In this document: piece by piece, positions 61,261-64,000 of the stretch
Numbering within the stretch: the stretch's first letter is position 1
Layout of the letters: every line of letters starts with the position of its first letter
Source of the DNA: a virus
Taxonomy: Duplodnaviria; Heunggongvirae; Uroviricota; Caudoviricetes
Direction: 5' to 3' (one strand)
IMG/VR virus record: IMGVR_UViG_3300010965_000004
Coordinates: 44,708-108,707 of that record
DNA length: 64,000 nucleotides
Program-made: the position numbers and the translations under genes
Notes under the pieces: generated by a model
The model's input: only the letters and a program-made list of their open reading frames with translations
The model's database searches: none
What the model was told of the DNA's origin: nothing

Positions 61261-62049
61261 CTACCTACCCAGGTAAGCTTCTTTTTTACCCAACTTCTCC
61301 CGTAACATGGCAAGACCTTCAGTTTTAATTCGTTGTATGTCTTCTTTTGGTATTTTCAAAGCTTTTGCCATCTTAGCGGGAGAATGTTCGGAATCGTCTT
61401 CTAGGCCGAAACACCTAGCTACTACTTCTCTGTGAGGTGAAGGTAAAGAAGCTACTGCCTTCCAAACCTTGTTATCATCCATTTGTTTTTGGAGTGTTTC
61501 TCCAATTGGATCAATTTCAAATTCGTTTTCGTCTAAGTCATCTATGTAGTAAGTTAGATAACGAGTAGTATAAAGCTCTTTTACATCCTTCTTTGGAACT
61601 TCAGGAAACTCTGCACAAACTTCTTCCAAAGTCATCTTTTCATTGTTGTCGATTAGTCTCTGTATTCTGGATGCTAACTGCTGTTTCCAGATAGGTAAAG
61701 AGACTATTCTCATCATAGACATAGTCTTCAAAATACGTTGATTTACCCACCAACCAGCATAAGATAAGAACCTTACTTCTCGGGAGAAATTGAACTTGTT
61801 AAACCCTACTACTAAACCTTCATTAGCCGCTGATATAAGGTCAGCAAACATGCCTGGATCGTTTCTAGAATACTTCTTTGCTTGATTGAATGCGAACCTT
61901 AAATTAGCTTTGATAATACGGTCCTTAATACGTTCCTTTTCTTTTTCAGTAGTAGTCTTATTAGTGTATTTTTCGAATAAAGAATACTCTTCTTCCTTTT
62001 TTAAGATTGGATGTTTGCATATTGAAGCATAATATAGGGAGAGGTCCAT
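61261..62049 (-). CDS. sigma-70 family RNA polymerase sigma factor
   Basis: 262 aa; RFLSYAGWWVNQRILKTM = region 2.4-like; C-terminal region-4-like HTH. Confidence 0.55.
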   Translation of the reverse strand: MDLSLYYASICKHPILKKEEEYSLFEKYTNKTTTEKEKERIKDRIIKANLRFAFNQAKKYSRNDPGMFADLISAANEGLVVGFNKFNFSREVRFLSYAGWWVNQRILKTMSMMRIVSLPIWKQQLASRIQRLIDNNEKMTLEEVCAEFPEVPKKDVKELYTTRYLTYYIDDLDENEFEIDPIGETLQKQMDDNKVWKAVASLPSPHREVVARCFGLEDDSEHSPAKMAKALKIPKEDIQRIKTEGLAMLREKLGKKEAYLGR

Positions 62050-62144
62050 AATTTGTCTTTCTTGTCAAGTACTTATACTACGTATTTGAAGTAGTTTAAT
62101 TTCTATTTTTAATTTTGTCAAGTATATAATAAAACTACTTTCTT

Positions 62145-62170
62145 TGGTATAAGAAATATGGTATAATATT
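62145..62170 (+). promoter_or_regulatory. tandem extended -10 promoters (TGGTATAAG and TGGTATAAT)
   Basis: TGGTATAAG 62145-62153 and perfect TGGTATAAT 62159-62167 upstream of gene 62225. Confidence 0.5.
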
Positions 62171-62224
62171 TATAATAAAAAAACTAAAATATAAATATAT
62201 AACCTGTAAATTTGAGGAAAGCAT

Positions 62225-63145
62225 ATGACAATAAAAACTCTTCTTTGCCCCGTTTGTAAAAAAGAATTTACTAAGTACGTAAAACCCGAAATCAAAATAA
62301 GTTTCTGTTCTAAGGAATGCCACTGGGAATATAAACGAGGTAAACCATTGACCGAAATCCATCGTAAAAATTTAGTTTCTAGAAAAGGATCAAAGGTTTC
62401 CATAGAGACAAAATTAAAAATGAGTAATTCTCACAAACAAAGATTTTTAAATAATCCCCATCTTTTGAAAGAAAGAAGTTTACAAACTAAACAAAGATAT
62501 TTAGATAATCCTGAACTACGCATTATTTCCGGAAATATTAATCGCGGCAAATCTTTAACAAACGAACATAGAACAAAAATTGGAAAATCTAATTCCGGTA
62601 AAACACGAACTAAAGATTGTAAAGAAAAGATGAAAAATTTAGCAAAGGAAAGATACACTAAAGACCCCTCCCTAAAAGAAAAAATTAGATCAACAAATGA
62701 AGCAATAGGTAGATACAAATCTTTAAAGGAACTTACTAGTATTGAAATTTTTTATAGAGAAGCTAATTGGGTAAGACGGATGTTTGAACTTATAGAGGAT
62801 AAAACTTCTTCCTCTAAATTATCCGATTTAGGGGTTTTCAATCCTAAAAAGAATACAAAAGGGGTTGTGCGGGACCATATATACCCCAGAAAACTAGGAT
62901 ATATTAAAGGAGTCTTCCCAGAAATACTTAGACACCCATGCAACTGTAAATTAATTTCTAATATTGAAAACATAACCAAAAAGGATCATACAATACTAGA
63001 TGAGTCTAACCAATCTTTAGAAGAGCTTTTTTCAAAAATAGAAACCTATTCTAAGGATTGGTTTGAACAAAAAGTTGTTCTTGAACTTATAAATAAATAT
63101 AGGTTAGGAGAACGTTGGATTGATAAATATAAGGAAATAAAATGA
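62225..63145 (+). CDS. HNH-type homing endonuclease with NUMOD3-like DNA-binding repeats
   Basis: 306 aa; three KGSK.S.ETK.KMS..HK-type repeats; C-terminal DHIYPRKLGY...HPCNCKLISN HNH-like. Confidence 0.5.
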   Translation: MTIKTLLCPVCKKEFTKYVKPEIKISFCSKECHWEYKRGKPLTEIHRKNLVSRKGSKVSIETKLKMSNSHKQRFLNNPHLLKERSLQTKQRYLDNPELRIISGNINRGKSLTNEHRTKIGKSNSGKTRTKDCKEKMKNLAKERYTKDPSLKEKIRSTNEAIGRYKSLKELTSIEIFYREANWVRRMFELIEDKTSSSKLSDLGVFNPKKNTKGVVRDHIYPRKLGYIKGVFPEILRHPCNCKLISNIENITKKDHTILDESNQSLEELFSKIETYSKDWFEQKVVLELINKYRLGERWIDKYKEIK

Positions 63146-63242
63146 ATAAAGGAAATATGTCCGAGGTGTTCTTCACCTCGGACTCCTAGCTCACTTTGGG
63201 CACAGCAACATAATTAAGTATTGTAATAGGCCATTCACTTCC

Positions 63243-63727
63243 ATAAAAGAAATGGACGAAATCTTAATCGAAAACTGGAATAGTGTAGTTAAACCTAAAG
63301 ATACTATATACCATCTAGGAGACGTTAGCTGGTATGGATCAGATACCACAAATACGATTTTTAAGCAGTTAAACGGACATAAACACCTGATCCTAGGCAA
63401 CCATGACCACTTGAAAAACCTTTCTCCTTACTTTGAAACTATCACTGATTACAGGCTAATCAAGGTTCAAACTCTGCCTATTGTCCTTTTTCATTATCCC
63501 ATTCTATCCTGGAATCTACAGAATCATGGATCGCTTCATTTACATGGCCATACCCACGATACAATAGACAATTGTGGAATCCTTAGATTTGATGTTGGAG
63601 TTGATTCTTGGAACATGAAACCAGTTAATTTAGAACAAATAATTAATCTTATTCCAACAAGATTAGCTCAAAATCCTAGTAAGCTTCAACGTCCTGTTGA
63701 AAAGTTTGATGCTATGTATAAAATTAT
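63243..63727 (+). CDS. calcineurin-like metallophosphoesterase; reading frame continues without stop into GC-rich sequence
   Basis: HLGDVSW, LGNHDH, LHLHGHTHD metallophosphatase motifs; AT-rich phage codon usage up to ~63727. Confidence 0.5.
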
Positions 63728-64000
63728 TGGTGAGATAAGAGTGACCACAGTGCGTCCTGCAAACCTAGAACAACTCAAAGCCATCGAGACAGCAGCGGCT
63801 GCGCATGGACCTGCACGTATCTTGATGCAAATCGCCGGCATCGGCACCGCCAAGCGTGTGGTGGGCAAAGACGGCAATGCTGCGCCATTAGAAGACTTCA
63901 TCAAAGTGGTCAATGTCAACTTGGTGGGCACCTACAACGCAGCGCGTTTATTTGCTGCAGCAGCCGCCAAGCTCGACCCACTCGAAGACGGTGAGCGTGG
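63728..64000 (+). CDS. fragment of bacterial SDR (3-hydroxyacyl-CoA dehydrogenase-like), fused in frame, runs off window
   Basis: ~62% GC; LMQIAGIGTAKRVV...LEDFIKVVNVNLVGTYNAARL matches the SDR NAGI...VNLxGxF region; lacks the N-terminal Rossmann motif. Confidence 0.45.

Noticed and set aside
1-64000. Organelle (jakobid mitochondrion or plastid) origin, suggested by RNAP + tmRNA + tRNA-Leu intron
   Set aside because: Presence of HNH/GIY-YIG homing endonucleases, T4-type Rnl1/Pnk, NrdJ, ThyA, endolysin, sigma factor and terminator/promoter architecture fits a phage far better
1-64000. Alternative genetic code / stop-codon recoding (prompted by the in-frame TAA before the pilin motif)
   Set aside because: Long genes (rpoB, nrdJ, rnlA) read through cleanly with standard stops; a single case is insufficient

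Overview
The window reads as part of a large AT-rich (~38% GC), tRNA-rich bacteriophage genome; all coordinates are hand-counted and approximate (+/-1-2 nt). 1-12.6 kb (minus strand) is a multisubunit RNA polymerase module: beta (1112 aa), then beta' split into an N-terminal catalytic ORF and a C-terminal trigger-loop ORF. Three HNH homing-endonuclease genes sit at the gene junctions. Between beta and beta'N lies a 634-aa protein carrying an HExxH motif and a C-terminal J-domain. 12.7-30 kb (plus strand) encodes DNA/nucleotide and RNA-repair functions: SNF2 helicase; SLT endolysin; thyA split by a group I intron carrying a GIY-YIG endonuclease; T4-like RNA ligase 1 plus a polynucleotide kinase split into kinase and phosphatase ORFs; class II RNR (NrdJ); MazG; and a second ATP-dependent RNA ligase. 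30-54 kb is a tRNA island with about 21 canonical tRNAs. It also holds a circularly permuted two-piece tmRNA, a tRNA-Leu(UAA) interrupted at U34/A35 by a group I intron encoding an HNH endonuclease, several aberrant tRNA-like genes (one with a 15-nt anticodon loop, two apparently permuted), and 19-bp tandem repeats. Higher-GC moron genes are interspersed: a secreted protein, SPFH plus an NfeD-like partner, a type IV pilin-like pseudogene, and a LemA+TPM pair. 54-63 kb adds a DinG-like helicase, an AT-hook protein, a sigma-70-family factor and another HNH/NUMOD endonuclease. Many plus-strand units start with one conserved extended -10 promoter (TGGTATAAG..TGTAGAA) and an AGGAGCCAA ribosome-binding region. 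At about 63.73 kb the sequence switches abruptly to GC-rich bacterial SDR-dehydrogenase coding sequence, fused in frame to a phage metallophosphoesterase.
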